Source: Cyanophyceae cyanobacterium (lineage in GTDB: Bacteria; Cyanobacteriota; Cyanobacteriia; Cyanobacteriales; Laspinemataceae). Taken from it: 64,000 nucleotides of DNA. Where the stretch lies: positions 142,323 to 206,322 of the forward strand of contig JBBQFN010000007.1 of the NCBI GenBank assembly GCA_038321985.1, in the 5' to 3' direction. The notes under the pieces are model-generated. The model did not search any database. It worked only from the letters and a program-made list of their open reading frames with translations, and was not told where the DNA came from. Below are positions 1-10,601 of the stretch, piece after piece (within the stretch, counting starts at the first letter, position 1; each line of letters starts with the position of its first letter). The translations under genes were made by a program, and so were the position numbers.

Positions 1-477
1 GATCGGTTTGAACAGGTAGCTCTCCCCGTTTATCAACAACCCCAAAATCAAACGAATCTAAGTCTCAAAGAGTGGGTTACTCTGGCTAGTATTGTTGAAA
101 AAGAGTCCGTCGTGGCATCGGAACGTAATCGGATTGCCGGTGTATTTACCAATCGTCTCAAACAGGGGATCTCTCTCGGTGCAGATCCGACGGTGGAATA
201 CGGATTGAACATTAGACAAACGGAAGATCAGCCTTTAACTTTGGCACAGGTGAATACACCTTCCCCTTACAATACTTATCTCAATCCAGGTTTACCTCCT
301 ACCCCGATCTCTGCACCGGGAGTTGCCAGTTTAGAAGCCACTTTAGCCCCCGAAGAGACGGAGTATCTCTATTTCGTGGCTCTTTATGATGGCACTCATA
401 TTTTTAGTCGCACTCTAGCGGAACATGAAGCGGCTCAAAATGCAATTTGGGACGAACGCGACCCAAGTTTACGTTAA
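1..477 (+). CDS. mltG: Endolytic transglycosylase MltG (YceG), 5'-truncated by the window edge
   Basis: Frame is open from base 1 (DRFEQVALP...WVTLASIVEKE). Carries the MltG motifs LASIVEKE, LGADPTVEY, SPYNTY.NPGLPPTPI and YLYFVA. Confidence 0.93.
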   Translation, partial: DRFEQVALPVYQQPQNQTNLSLKEWVTLASIVEKESVVASERNRIAGVFTNRLKQGISLGADPTVEYGLNIRQTEDQPLTLAQVNTPSPYNTYLNPGLPPTPISAPGVASLEATLAPEETEYLYFVALYDGTHIFSRTLAEHEAAQNAIWDERDPSLR

Positions 478-481
478 AACT

Positions 482-518
482 TTCCCCAAGTAGCAGATAT
501 CAATCCCTGCTTGGGGAA
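482..518 (+). terminator. Hairpin after mltG, putative terminator
   Basis: TTCCCCAAG..GCAG/CTGC.TTGGGGAA inverted repeat followed by TTTTT. Confidence 0.5.
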
Positions 519-534
519 TTTTTAGGACGGTGAT

Positions 535-566
535 GCGATTGCCTCCGGCATAGCTGCGCTTACCGC
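535..566. repeat. HIP1-associated small dispersed repeat-like element
   Basis: GCGATTGCCTCCGGCATAGCTGCGCTTACCGC: a short GC-rich segment flanked by degenerate HIP1 halves. Confidence 0.4.
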
Positions 567-776
567 CGCCGGATTAATAAGGGGAGGATGTCAAAATCAT
601 CATGAGGGAAATGTGGTTTGAGCCAGAGCATCCCAGCAGTAGCGGGGATCGCGCTGTAATATCAGATAATCGGGTGACGGCACGTTCTAGGTGGTCTATC
701 TCAAGATGCTGTTAAACTGTGGTTTCCGGCATTCCGGAGGACGGTCGTTAGTGTTAGTCAGTGAGGGTCAATTGCT

Positions 777-1298
777 ATGTCTTGGGGAAAACTCTTAGAA
801 CCCGATTTATTTTTAGGGGACTCAATTTTAAGCCTGACACCCGAGATCGTGAAAGAGTACGACCTCAAGGGTCTGGTTTTGGATGTGGATGATACTCTCG
901 TCCCCATCCGAGAAATCCAGGTTTCTGAGTATTTGCGACAGTGGGTGGAGCAAATTCGCCCGGTTGCTACCTTATGGTTAGTTAGCAATAACATCAGCGA
1001 AGTTCGGATCGGTGGGATCGCGCGCTCTTTAAATTTGCCCTACATTACGGGTGCGGCGAAACCCTCTCGCCGGAAGTTACGACAGGCGGTTACCGGGATG
1101 AACCTGCCGGTGGAAAAGGTGGCAATGGTGGGCGATCGCCTGTTTACTGATGTCCTCGCCGGCAACCGCTTAGGAATGTTTACCATTCTGGTAGACCCGA
1201 TGGTGGATCCGGGGGCGATGATGCGAACTACTCATCCGGTGCGCTCGCTGGAAGTCTGGCTATCTCAAATCCTCGGCGCTTCCCTCGCCAAGAAGTAA
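777..1298 (+). CDS. yqeG: YqeG-family HAD IIIA phosphatase
   Basis: Motifs DVDDTL, VSNN, AAKP and [17 protein letters not shown]. Confidence 0.9.
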   Translation: MSWGKLLEPDLFLGDSILSLTPEIVKEYDLKGLVLDVDDTLVPIREIQVSEYLRQWVEQIRPVATLWLVSNNISEVRIGGIARSLNLPYITGAAKPSRRKLRQAVTGMNLPVEKVAMVGDRLFTDVLAGNRLGMFTILVDPMVDPGAMMRTTHPVRSLEVWLSQILGASLAKK

Positions 1299-1350
1299 TC
1301 AAACGTCCCTCCGGTTAACTCAACGCCCTGGATCCCGCGACCCGGAATAT

Positions 1351-2511
1351 ATGAATTTGCAAACCTTAGTCGTCAAAATTGGCACTTCTAGTCTCACCCA
1401 GGATAGTACCGGCAACCTGGCGATCGCCACCATTGCGGCCCTCGTTGAAACCCTCAGCGCACTCCGCCAGCAAGGACATCGCGTTATCCTAGTTTCCTCC
1501 GGTGCGGTGGGAGTTGGTTGTGCTCGCCTGGGATTAAAAGAACGTCCCCGCACGATCGCCCTTAAACAGGCGGTAGCGGCTGTGGGTCAGGGCCGTTTAA
1601 TGCGGGTTTATGATGACCTCTTTACCACCTTGCAACAGCCGATCGCCCAAGTTCTCCTAACTCGCAGCGATTTAGTCCAACGCAGTCGCTACGTCAACGC
1701 TTACAACACCTTCCAAGAATTACTACGCCTCGGAGTAATCCCGATTGTCAATGAAAATGATACGGTTGCGGTCGAAGAACTCAAGTTCGGCGACAATGAC
1801 ACCCTCTCCGCAATGGTCGCCAGTTTAGTCGAAGCTGACTGGTTGTTTCTGATGACCGATGTGGATCGCCTCTACTCGGCAGACCCCCGCAGCAATCCGG
1901 ACGCGCAACCCATTACCCTGGTTCAACACCTGGATGAGCTTACTCAGCTACAAGTCCAAACCGGAGGCAGTGGGACCAATTGGGGGACCGGGGGCATGAC
2001 GACTAAAATTGAGGCAGCTAGAATTGCCACGGGTTCCGGGGTCCGCACGGTGATTACCTCGTCTCAATCCCCACGGAACCTGGAGAAAATTTTGCAAGGA
2101 GAGGCGATCGGAACTCACTTTGCACCCCAACCGCGCACCAGTAATGCTCGCAAACGCTGGATCGCGAATGCGGTCATCCCTTCGGGCCAACTTTATTTAG
2201 ATGCCGGGGCGATCGCCGCAATCTGTCAAGGGGGAAAGTCTCTACTGCCTGCCGGAATCGTCGAGGTGTTGGGAGAATTTGAGGCATCGGATGCGGTGCA
2301 ACTGTGCGATCGCACAGGTCGAGAAATTGCTCGCGGACTGGTCAACTATAGCAGTACCGAACTTGAGCGGATTCGCGGACGAAAATCTGATGAAATTTTA
2401 ACAATTTTGGGTTATGTTGTCGCCGATACTGTAATCCACCGGGATAATTTAGTTTTAAACCGTTCCACTAGCGATGCAGCCGATTTGAACAAAACCGATA
2501 TGCTCTACTAA
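1351..2511 (+). CDS. proB: Glutamate 5-kinase with C-terminal PUA domain
   Basis: Motifs [44 protein letters not shown] and a PUA tail. Confidence 0.97.
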   Translation: MNLQTLVVKIGTSSLTQDSTGNLAIATIAALVETLSALRQQGHRVILVSSGAVGVGCARLGLKERPRTIALKQAVAAVGQGRLMRVYDDLFTTLQQPIAQVLLTRSDLVQRSRYVNAYNTFQELLRLGVIPIVNENDTVAVEELKFGDNDTLSAMVASLVEADWLFLMTDVDRLYSADPRSNPDAQPITLVQHLDELTQLQVQTGGSGTNWGTGGMTTKIEAARIATGSGVRTVITSSQSPRNLEKILQGEAIGTHFAPQPRTSNARKRWIANAVIPSGQLYLDAGAIAAICQGGKSLLPAGIVEVLGEFEASDAVQLCDRTGREIARGLVNYSSTELERIRGRKSDEILTILGYVVADTVIHRDNLVLNRSTSDAADLNKTDMLY

Positions 2512-2726
2512 AAGCCGGTTTGGTGTTTCTTTCAGCAATCTGCTTTGATTTGACAGGGGCAGAAATTTTAGGTTAAAATTACCCCATTCATTGAATGAGG
2601 CTATGCTCATGCCGATTCGATTCTCAATGAAGTGATAATAACCTCGGCTCACCTGCCCAAATTCAGGGATTTTTTTCATCCATCCCCGCACTAAAAATAC
2701 TTCTACAGCACGGAAAAAAATAGACG

Positions 2727-3131
2727 ATGAACCCCGATAACGTCATGGAATTTTTACAAACCGGATTTCGAGTTGGGGTAGGCGCGACGGCTTCCCTACT
2801 CGAAAGTATTCAAGACCCCCAAAAACGAGAAGAAAATCTGGCAGACTTGAAACTAGAGGCCAGGGATTTAACCCGGAAGTGGGCAGAAAAAGGAGAAATG
2901 ACTGAACGGGAAGCCCGAAATTTTGTCGATACTCTCATCGATCACCAGCGATCGCCCGGGGAAACCCCTTCCTCGGCAACTCCCCAACCCCCTGGTTCTG
3001 CGCCTGAGTCCTCCCCTCCAACTTCGGCGACCAATCCGCAAGTTTATCAGGATTTACAAGACTTGACCGCCCAAATTGCAGCGTTGCGGTCTGAGTTAGA
3101 AAATTTACAGCGAAAAGACCCCGAACTCTAA
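2727..3131 (+). CDS. Conserved cyanobacterial phasin/PhaF-like coiled-coil protein
   Basis: KGEMTEREARNFVD motif, Pro/Ser-rich linker and C-terminal coiled coil. Confidence 0.55.
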   Translation: MNPDNVMEFLQTGFRVGVGATASLLESIQDPQKREENLADLKLEARDLTRKWAEKGEMTEREARNFVDTLIDHQRSPGETPSSATPQPPGSAPESSPPTSATNPQVYQDLQDLTAQIAALRSELENLQRKDPEL

Positions 3132-3337
3132 GCAGGGGTTGCTGGGGTATCAAAGATTAGCACAATTAAAATACAATTTGTGAGGATATTTCTCCTCTAA
3201 ACACCGATTTAGCTCTTAATGGTGAGACAGGAGAATGAGAAATTGGTCCTCTAATTTCTAGTCCAACTTTTCAGAGTGGGACAAAGGCGGCTGAATGAAG
3301 CATTACCAGAAGGGTAGACTGTTGCCCTATTTTTTTT

Positions 3338-3383
3338 GCGGTTGCTTCTACCGTAGTGACTGCCCTACCGTAGAAGCAACCGC
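3338..3383. terminator. Strong hairpin between convergent genes
   Basis: GCGGTTGCTTCTAC ... GTAGAAGCAACCGC, a perfect 14-bp stem. Confidence 0.6.
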
Positions 3384-3501
3384 CTACTACTTTTTGAGAT
3401 CTACTTAGAAGCGTCAGGATCTGCCCTGTCCAGAAAAAGCAAAATAAAATTTACTTTTTCTTGACAGGACAACACTTATTTGATATATAGCACTAAATTT
3501 T

Positions 3502-3732
3502 TTAATCGTTGCCCCAGTCTTCGCGACCCATCAGGTCCACAATGCGATCGCGCAGCAGAAAATCATGTTTTTCTAGTTCAGACTCAACCACTGCCCATTC
3601 CCGTGCAGGGATGTACTGGCAGAGGGTATAGATAGGTTGTTGCCGTCCCACAAAGCCATTTTTGACTAAGGTACGGGCTTCTTCTTTGATGAAGTCGATT
3701 GAATATTGAATGGTAGATGTAGATGGAGCCAT
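3502..3732 (-). CDS. DUF4327-family small protein
   Basis: YSIDFIKEEARTLV...RQQPIYTLCQYIPAREW...DFLLRDRI.DL.G.EDW. Confidence 0.85.
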   Translation of the reverse strand: MAPSTSTIQYSIDFIKEEARTLVKNGFVGRQQPIYTLCQYIPAREWAVVESELEKHDFLLRDRIVDLMGREDWGND

Positions 3733-4498
3733 CTTTAAAACCTCGCTAGATAGATTTTTTAATCAACGTTATATCTGTGACCACCCCCCCCAGTTAAGTG
3801 AAGACTTCATAAAATCTCATTCTCATTAAAGAAGGGAGACGACTGGGCGGCCTCTTGTGGTAATTGTTACATTCTATACAGCAGCATTTTTATTCTCGCG
3901 CTAATTGTCTCCTATTCATCTTAATAAAAGATAAAGAATTATGCACCCCCAGATAGATAATTTCTGGTGATGCCTCTACCTCTAGGCTTAGGAGATCGTT
4001 AATAGACCTCTTCCAAAATTCCTGATTAATACCGCCCAACCCCTGAGTAAGAAAGGCTTGGGAGCTTTTGGACAGAATTCTAATGATTGCATTATTTCTA
4101 GTTTCAACTAGAAAGATTTAGAAACAATGTTATACAGGGGGAGGGTTGTAGCCATAGTCTTCCGGGCAATTTTATATAAATATTGCTTTCAATGGTCAAT
4201 CCCATTCCCCGCTTCCTGTCTGGGTATTTGTTTTTCCCCTAGTGGGTTTGGATCTCCCTTCCGAACCTCCCGGAGATAGCCCCCACGCCCCCGGTCTGAA
4301 TCAAAGGAAAACTGTTTTGTTCCCGGGGAAAGATTACTCAAAGTGTTCAGTTTTGTCATCGTTTCTTGACGTGAGGGAACCCTATTCTGGGAATTTTAGG
4401 AGCAGGGAAAGAGGGATTTGGAAGGGCCTAATGGGAGAGGGATCGCTGCTTTCAGGGATTAAACCGGGTTAGAAATGGCTTATTTTACATCGTTAACT

Positions 4499-6157
4499 TT
4501 AGTAGAAAGGGTTCGCTGGGGTTGGGGTCAGGGTTAGTCCAAATAATGTTTCGAGGGCGATCGCTTGAGCGGCACCCATTTGACCGTAAGAAAAGACAAA
4601 GGGAATGGACGGAGGCAACAGGGCCTTAAATTCATCTAAAACGTAGGGGCTACCATAAATGGCAATTGCCTGTAGTTGTCCCGTTTCTAATAATTGCTTG
4701 AGCCATTCTCTCGCGAGGCGGGTCACTTGGGCGGGTCCACCAAAGGGATTACCCCGGATAAAGATTTGAAGTAAGGTTTTACCTGTTCCCATTGCCTGGA
4801 AGTCTTGTCCTCGACAGGGGCTAGAGCAATCAACCCCATGAAATTGATAGCCTTTAGACTTGGGAATCACGATCGCCGGTGCTTGTTTATTCAGAAACGC
4901 ACTATTAATCAGGGAGTCCGTTATCAATAAATTATTTAAATACTCCCCGGATTCCGGTTGAGGCAGGGATAAAGGCAAAGACCCCCCAATTTGCTGAGAC
5001 TCTCGTAAGATACTGTCTACAGAAGCGATCGCACCGGGAGTGGAAAGGTTAATCAGCTGGGCTGTTGGGGAAGTCGGGGGATTGACAACTACGGAAGGGG
5101 AAAAAAGTTTTCGTTTAGCCTTCCAAATGCGAGTGACGGATTCACGAATGCGATCGGGGGAGATGCGACCAGATTTAACCGCATCGCAAATAGCAGTAAT
5201 CGCTTGGGCTGGATCCAGCGGCATTAATAAAATATCGGCCCCGGCTTCTAACGCTAAAATCGGGGCTTCATTAGCACCATAACGGTTGGCGATCGCCCCC
5301 ATGACCAAAGCATCGGTGACAATTAAGCCATCAAAGCCAAACCTTTGCCGTAACTGTCCCGTTAAAATCTGGGGAGAAAGGGTGGCAGGATGGTCGGAAT
5401 CCCAGGCTTCAATGCACAGGTGAGCGCTCATCACTGCATCCACCCCAGCAGAGATCGTCCGTTGAAACGGCGGAAGTTCGACGGCCTCTAGTCGTTCCTG
5501 AGAATGTCGCAACACCGGCAGCTCGATATGAGAATCTACGCTGGTATCCCCATGTCCGGGAAAATGCTTAGCACAGGTGAGTACAGGATACTTTTGAGCG
5601 CCCCGCATAAAGGCTAGGGCTAACTCACTGGCGGTTTCGGGATTTTCCCCAAACGAACGGACATTAATAACAGGGTTAGCGGGATTATTATTGACATCCA
5701 CCACTGGGGCGAGGACCCAATTAATCCCGACGGCGAGGGCTTCCTGGGCGGTATAAGCTCCCATTGCTGCGGCATAACCCTCAGCTTTCGACGGGTTTTC
5801 TACCGCAATCCGGGCGATCGCCATTGGCGGGGGAAACCAAGTGGCCCCGGCAAACCGCTGTCCGACACCTTCTTCGATATCGGCAGCGATCAGCAATGGA
5901 TATTTAGCCCAGGATTGCAATTGGTGCGATCGCAGTATCAAATCTCCTGCACTGCCTCCCACCAAAATCACACCCCCGACGCCCTTTCCTTGCACTAGCT
6001 GCTGTAACTGGGCCGCTGGGGGTTCCCAATCAGGATATTCGATTTGGTGGTCAAACAGGTGTCCAGACGCTCGCACGACGAACAACTGAGCCACCTGTTC
6101 TTCTAAAGATAAAGTTTCAAGATCCGGCAGTGCCGGGATCTGCTCCGACATATCCAC
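4499..6157 (-). CDS. nagZ: GH3 beta-N-acetylhexosaminidase/beta-glucosidase
   Basis: Motifs AADIEEG, APVVDV, INVRSFG, KHFPGHGDTSVDSH (NagZ-type) and IVTDALVM. Confidence 0.85.
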   Translation of the reverse strand: MDMSEQIPALPDLETLSLEEQVAQLFVVRASGHLFDHQIEYPDWEPPAAQLQQLVQGKGVGGVILVGGSAGDLILRSHQLQSWAKYPLLIAADIEEGVGQRFAGATWFPPPMAIARIAVENPSKAEGYAAAMGAYTAQEALAVGINWVLAPVVDVNNNPANPVINVRSFGENPETASELALAFMRGAQKYPVLTCAKHFPGHGDTSVDSHIELPVLRHSQERLEAVELPPFQRTISAGVDAVMSAHLCIEAWDSDHPATLSPQILTGQLRQRFGFDGLIVTDALVMGAIANRYGANEAPILALEAGADILLMPLDPAQAITAICDAVKSGRISPDRIRESVTRIWKAKRKLFSPSVVVNPPTSPTAQLINLSTPGAIASVDSILRESQQIGGSLPLSLPQPESGEYLNNLLITDSLINSAFLNKQAPAIVIPKSKGYQFHGVDCSSPCRGQDFQAMGTGKTLLQIFIRGNPFGGPAQVTRLAREWLKQLLETGQLQAIAIYGSPYVLDEFKALLPPSIPFVFSYGQMGAAQAIALETLFGLTLTPTPANPFY

Positions 6158-6160
6158 AGA

Positions 6161-6589
6161 TTAAGCCCCAGTTTCTGAAATTTCGCTCTCGTTTAGATCC
6201 ACTTCTTCCTGATCCTCGTCAGGATGATGGTCCTTGCGTTCTTCACTGATTTGATTGAGCAGTGTCAGGATTCGCGTCCCTCGTTCGATGGATCGGTCTT
6301 CTAAAAATATCACTTCCGGGGTCCGACGCAATCGAACCCGGTGGCCGAGTTCCCTGCGGATGTATCCAGTAGCGGCTTGTAACCCTTCCATTGTTTCCGC
6401 CCGTGCTTCATCACTGCCATAGATACTGACAAAAATCTTGGCGTGTTGGAGGTCCCCGGAGACATTGACATCGGTAACGCTGACCATTCCCGCGCCCACT
6501 CGGTCATCCTTAATGTCGCCGATTAACATCAAACTGACTTCGCGTTTAATCAAGGATGCGACGCGCTCTACTCGACGATCTGTAGCCAT
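6161..6589 (-). CDS. rbfA: Ribosome-binding factor A
   Basis: [31 protein letters not shown] and [15 protein letters not shown]. Confidence 0.97.
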   Translation of the reverse strand: MATDRRVERVASLIKREVSLMLIGDIKDDRVGAGMVSVTDVNVSGDLQHAKIFVSIYGSDEARAETMEGLQAATGYIRRELGHRVRLRRTPEVIFLEDRSIERGTRILTLLNQISEERKDHHPDEDQEEVDLNESEISETGA

Positions 6590-6868
6590 AATATTGATTC
6601 CCTTGTTTGCATGGTCATGAAATTTGGGTGGTGCTCGGATACAACCACCTATCTGTAAGTGTAGAGTTTCAATCCGTGCTACCGCTACGTCAGAAAACCA
6701 CTCCTCTAGGAGGATTTCTTTCTAGGGAGGGTGATTTGGCATTTTTATCAGGACGCTCTTTCTTGTAAGAATGTCTAAGTACCGGGCCGGAATGATGCCC
6801 GGTCCGAAAGGGTCTAGGATTTACACTGGCTGGGTTATTCCCTTGTCCGAGGCGATCGCGTGGGTGAC

Positions 6869-7075
6869 CTAGGTAACCGCCAATCCCAACATCCCTCGCA
6901 AGGTTAAACCGACAAAAATTAGGGCAGTAACAAGCAAGCTCACTAAGGCGATCGCCGTGACGGGTTTTTGCAACAGCGGCTTAAGCCCACCGAAGAGGGC
7001 AAAGAAGATGCCTAGAATGATCGTGACAAAGTAGCGCGGGTAGCGAAGGATATTATTCCAAAAATCATCAAACAT
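6869..7075 (-). CDS. DUF751-family small membrane protein
   Basis: FWNNILRYPRYF followed by two hydrophobic segments; usual upstream neighbour of cyanobacterial rbfA. Confidence 0.85.
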   Translation of the reverse strand: MFDDFWNNILRYPRYFVTIILGIFFALFGGLKPLLQKPVTAIALVSLLVTALIFVGLTLRGMLGLAVT

Positions 7076-7488
7076 AACGATTCAGATTCTGACAGGAGCG
7101 GCTAAGTCTGTTTGCATTGTACCCCGTAGCATTGTTCTACGAGTTGCACGAGTAGGGCAAACTTCAGGGAGTTCGGTTGAAATCTTGGCGAGTCCCCGAT
7201 AGGCACCCGACATTACACCGGCGATCGCTGGGCTGGTATTGAGCTCACCCCCACGATAATCGCGGGTGTCTTAAGGGAAAGAATACAGGCTCCACCGGAC
7301 CCGGCCCCTGACCCCAACAAACGGGACAGCTTGGGCATAGGGTGATTTAAGGTAGGGGTTTGCCTAAAAATAATGGGTGCTATTGTGACTCCCGGGGATA
7401 GGGCACAGCGATGTCATTCCCTCGATTGAGCCTTGATTTTTTGAGGTGAAGTTCTCTTAGATGAAATTCTGCTGTAGAATGCCGAAAA

Positions 7489-7848
7489 CTATATCATATT
7501 TTGGTGGAAATCAATCATTAACATTTTTCCGGTGGCATCATAAAATAAGGTAGCAAAACATAATTCGGGATAAATTCTTCCGCGCTTTTGTTTTTGAATA
7601 CCGCCCATTGCCACTTGTACCCGATAACCTGTTCCAAAATTAATATCAAAATATTCATTAAAAAAGGCTTTCGTGACAATATCAATTTGAACCCCTTGAG
7701 GGATATCAATACTTATATCTTCATCTTCTAGTTGAACTTTTTTCTGGCCCGACGCCCGGTATTTTTGTAACATATGATTGACATCTTCAAAGATTTGGGA
7801 GTCGGGTAAAATGCGATCAATAGCTTGGATAACATCCTGAGAATCCAT
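7489..7848 (-). CDS. Hypothetical protein
   Basis: 119-aa ORF with AGGAGG shortly upstream on the minus strand; AT-rich; no family recognised. Confidence 0.6.
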   Translation of the reverse strand: MDSQDVIQAIDRILPDSQIFEDVNHMLQKYRASGQKKVQLEDEDISIDIPQGVQIDIVTKAFFNEYFDINFGTGYRVQVAMGGIQKQKRGRIYPELCFATLFYDATGKMLMIDFHQNMI

Positions 7849-8476
7849 CTGGGCAACCTCCTGGAAAATACATTACCGTAATCAAGGACTCAGTTGAAGC
7901 AGCGATCGCACTCTCCCGAGAAAGGATGGATCTATCTGACTCATTCAACCCGGGGCACTGCCATATAATTGCAGTAAACGGATCTATTTTAGACCTAAAG
8001 GACTCAGGGTTTTGATGCAAATTGAGCCAATGGGAAGGAGAAGTCTTACCTTGAGAGGGTCATTGCGGGGGAAGGAATGGGGACGCCCCTCCATTATGCC
8101 AAAATCGGTTTAAAAGCGCCGTATCAATCATTACTCCCTGCTGTCTGGGAGGCGATCGCCGGCAGAATTTAGCTCGCTGTCGTGGTATGTTAGGGATTCA
8201 TGAACGATAGGATTCGGGTTGAGTTTAAAAATAGCCCCGAGTTGGCACCAAATTGCCCACTTGTAAAAGGGGTTGGGGTCGTGTTGGAAAGGGCGAGAGG
8301 CGCAGTCAAGGGCGAGTGTTTTCTCCGGTGCGATCGCCGAAATGAGATCAACTCCATTTCCCTTATCCCTATTTCAATCAAACAATATCCCTGAAAACCC
8401 TTAAGTTCCCTAATTGAATTCGGTTTACCGAAAAGGGATACCGTTGCTACAAAATTATGATAAATTTTTAGGATAG

Positions 8477-9319
8477 ATGAGCGATCGCACAGCATTAACC
8501 GTTTCACCCCGTCCCTTTCTGAAATGGGCGGGGGGCAAAACCCAACTCATTCAACAGTATCGACCCCTATTTCCTACGGATTTTGAGAATTATTACGAGC
8601 CATTTTTAGGAGGAGGTGCGGTCTTTTTTTATTTATTTGATCAACCTAGATCACCCCTTCAGGCTGTTCTATCCGATGTCAATGAAGAACTTATTAATAT
8701 GTATCGCTGCGTTCGCGATGACGTAGAAAATTTAATTAAAGAACTAGAAAATCATCAGACTCAACATGATTCCGAGTATTATTATAAAATAAGAGCGCAG
8801 AAAAACACAAAGCCCTTAAAAAAAGCGGCTCGAATTATTTATTTAAACAAAACTTGTTTTAATGGGTTATACCGAGAAAATTCCAAAGGAGAATTTAACG
8901 TACCCATTGGCCGATATAAAAATCCTAATATTTGCAATTCGGATTTATTGCGAATAGATTCTCGGGCTTTGCAATCAGTTAAGTTAGAAGTTCGGGATTT
9001 TGAAAAAATTCTGGATGAGGCGAAAAGTAACCAAGATTTTGTTTATTTTGACCCGCCCTATTATCCGTTGAGCAATACTAGCCAATTTACAGCTTACAGT
9101 CGCCACAATTTTAATGAAGAGGACCAAATCCGGTTAAGAGATATCTTTGTAGAACTCGCGAATCGAGGAGTGAAAGTGATGTTATCTAATTCCGATTGTC
9201 AGTTTATAAGGGACCTTTATCAACCCTTTCAAATTCATCAAGTTTTAGCCACGCGATCGATTAATTCTAAAGGAACCCATCGAGGTAAAATTTCGGAGGT
9301 TGTTGTAACTTCATATTAG
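8477..9319 (+). CDS. dam: Orphan Dam-family (D12 class) N6-adenine DNA methyltransferase
   Basis: Motifs PFLKWAGGK, EPFLGGG, YLNKTCFNGLYREN..GEFNVP.G and VYFDPPY. No adjacent restriction endonuclease. Confidence 0.92.
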   Translation: MSDRTALTVSPRPFLKWAGGKTQLIQQYRPLFPTDFENYYEPFLGGGAVFFYLFDQPRSPLQAVLSDVNEELINMYRCVRDDVENLIKELENHQTQHDSEYYYKIRAQKNTKPLKKAARIIYLNKTCFNGLYRENSKGEFNVPIGRYKNPNICNSDLLRIDSRALQSVKLEVRDFEKILDEAKSNQDFVYFDPPYYPLSNTSQFTAYSRHNFNEEDQIRLRDIFVELANRGVKVMLSNSDCQFIRDLYQPFQIHQVLATRSINSKGTHRGKISEVVVTSY

Positions 9320-9516
9320 TTTTATAAAAAAGAAATTTTTAATAAATAGCGGTTTTACTTCGTTTTTTAAAAGCAATTAATGTAATTTTTAAAGTCTGGT
9401 GTTTCGGAAGTTTATAAATTATCTAGTTTTGGGGGGAGTGCGAGCTTCTAGCTTGCTATAGTAACCAGTTAGAAGTTCGCACGGCTTAATTTTGGAGGCA
9501 CGATGATTTAGAGGGG

Positions 9517-9571
9517 CGATTAAAGTCGTTACTACTAACTTAAGAGAACGACTAAAGTCGTTACTACTAAC
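9517..9571 (-). repeat. Two tandem GTAG-type REP-like hairpins (32-bp period)
   Basis: CGA(T/C)TAAAGTCGTTACTACTAAC at 9517-9539 and 9549-9571. Contains the hairpin AACGACT-AA-AGTCGTT and reads GTAG-TAACGACTTTAGTCG on the minus strand. Confidence 0.75.
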
Positions 9572-9591
9572 AAGAAGATGCTAACCTTATT

Positions 9592-10485
9592 TTATAAGGA
9601 GATAGATCCTTGGTCGAAAGTTCTATTATTTTGGTCGATGCCGTTGATAATAAGGCGATCGCGGTAAACTTCAATGGAGGCAAAACTCAGTTGACTTGCC
9701 GATCGCGCGGTCCAAGTTGAGCGCCCTACCCGTCGGGTTTTTGCACCGGCACCACAAGTTAAGTAGGTTGTATTCCCGATCGCCTGGGTTCGTTCGTAGT
9801 TATGATTATGTCCATTAATATAAAGTGAAACGCCATGCTTTAGGAATAATGGCATCAATTTCCGACGGAGGAAACGACTTCCCAAATGTAACCCGGAAGT
9901 ATAGAGGGGATGATGTCCCATGACGATTTTCCAAGGAGCATCACTCTCCTGGAGTTGCGTTTCTAACCACGGTAACTGATTCGGCCAATTCGCATTTTTA
10001 TTGGTATCGAGAACAAAAAATTGGACGGTATCGCGGCGTAAACTGTAGTAGCGCCCTTGCATATTAAAGCCAGGATACTGGACTTGATCCTGGCCGTTAT
10101 TCGTTTTAATATCGTGATTACCCAAACAAGCATAAAATTTAACCTGGGCATCCAAGAGCGATCGGTAAGGTTGCTCAAAGACGCGCTCTATTTTTTCAAT
10201 TTCGCCATGATTGTAGATATTATCTCCGGCGAGCATGATTAAATCGAAAGGATTTTCCTGGTGGTAGCGGGCGATCGCCCGTCCGACGGCATATTGGCCC
10301 TCATTACCCGCACCCGTATCCGCCACGGCGACAAAACGCAGCAGCAAAGTATCTGGGGATGGCGGTATGAAATCCAACTCAGTCTCTGACCTCTCTTGTG
10401 TTAGCCCCCTGAGAGATTTGCCTAGGATAGCAAAGGTTAGGGTACTGAGTCCAGCCAGTAAAAATTCTCGGCGTTTCAAGTTCAT
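9592..10485 (-). CDS. Tat-exported metallophosphoesterase (purple acid phosphatase-like)
   Basis: KRREFL twin-arginine signal; ADTG, GDNIY, GNHD and GHNH metal motifs. Start placed at ATG 10485. Confidence 0.88.
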   Translation of the reverse strand: MNLKRREFLLAGLSTLTFAILGKSLRGLTQERSETELDFIPPSPDTLLLRFVAVADTGAGNEGQYAVGRAIARYHQENPFDLIMLAGDNIYNHGEIEKIERVFEQPYRSLLDAQVKFYACLGNHDIKTNNGQDQVQYPGFNMQGRYYSLRRDTVQFFVLDTNKNANWPNQLPWLETQLQESDAPWKIVMGHHPLYTSGLHLGSRFLRRKLMPLFLKHGVSLYINGHNHNYERTQAIGNTTYLTCGAGAKTRRVGRSTWTARSASQLSFASIEVYRDRLIINGIDQNNRTFDQGSISL

Positions 10486-10601
10486 GGGTGGGTGAATTGG
10501 CAAGAACTAGGGGACATTTCAAACAAAATGATAGATTAATCCAAAGATAGCCACCTCTTTAAAGTATTCCCCTGTTGTCCTAGTCGATCGCCTATAAAAA
10601 G

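Noticed and set aside
581..604. GGGGAGGATGTCAAAATCATCATG resembles a 16S rRNA segment
   Set aside because: Similarity is short and the flanks are not rRNA-like.
7080..7480. Possible structured ncRNA in a GC-rich intergenic region
   Set aside because: No SRP, 6S, tmRNA, RNase P or Yfr signatures recognised; a covariance-model search would be needed.
9517..9571. Possible CRISPR array
   Set aside because: Only two 23-bp copies separated by 9 bp, and no cas genes.
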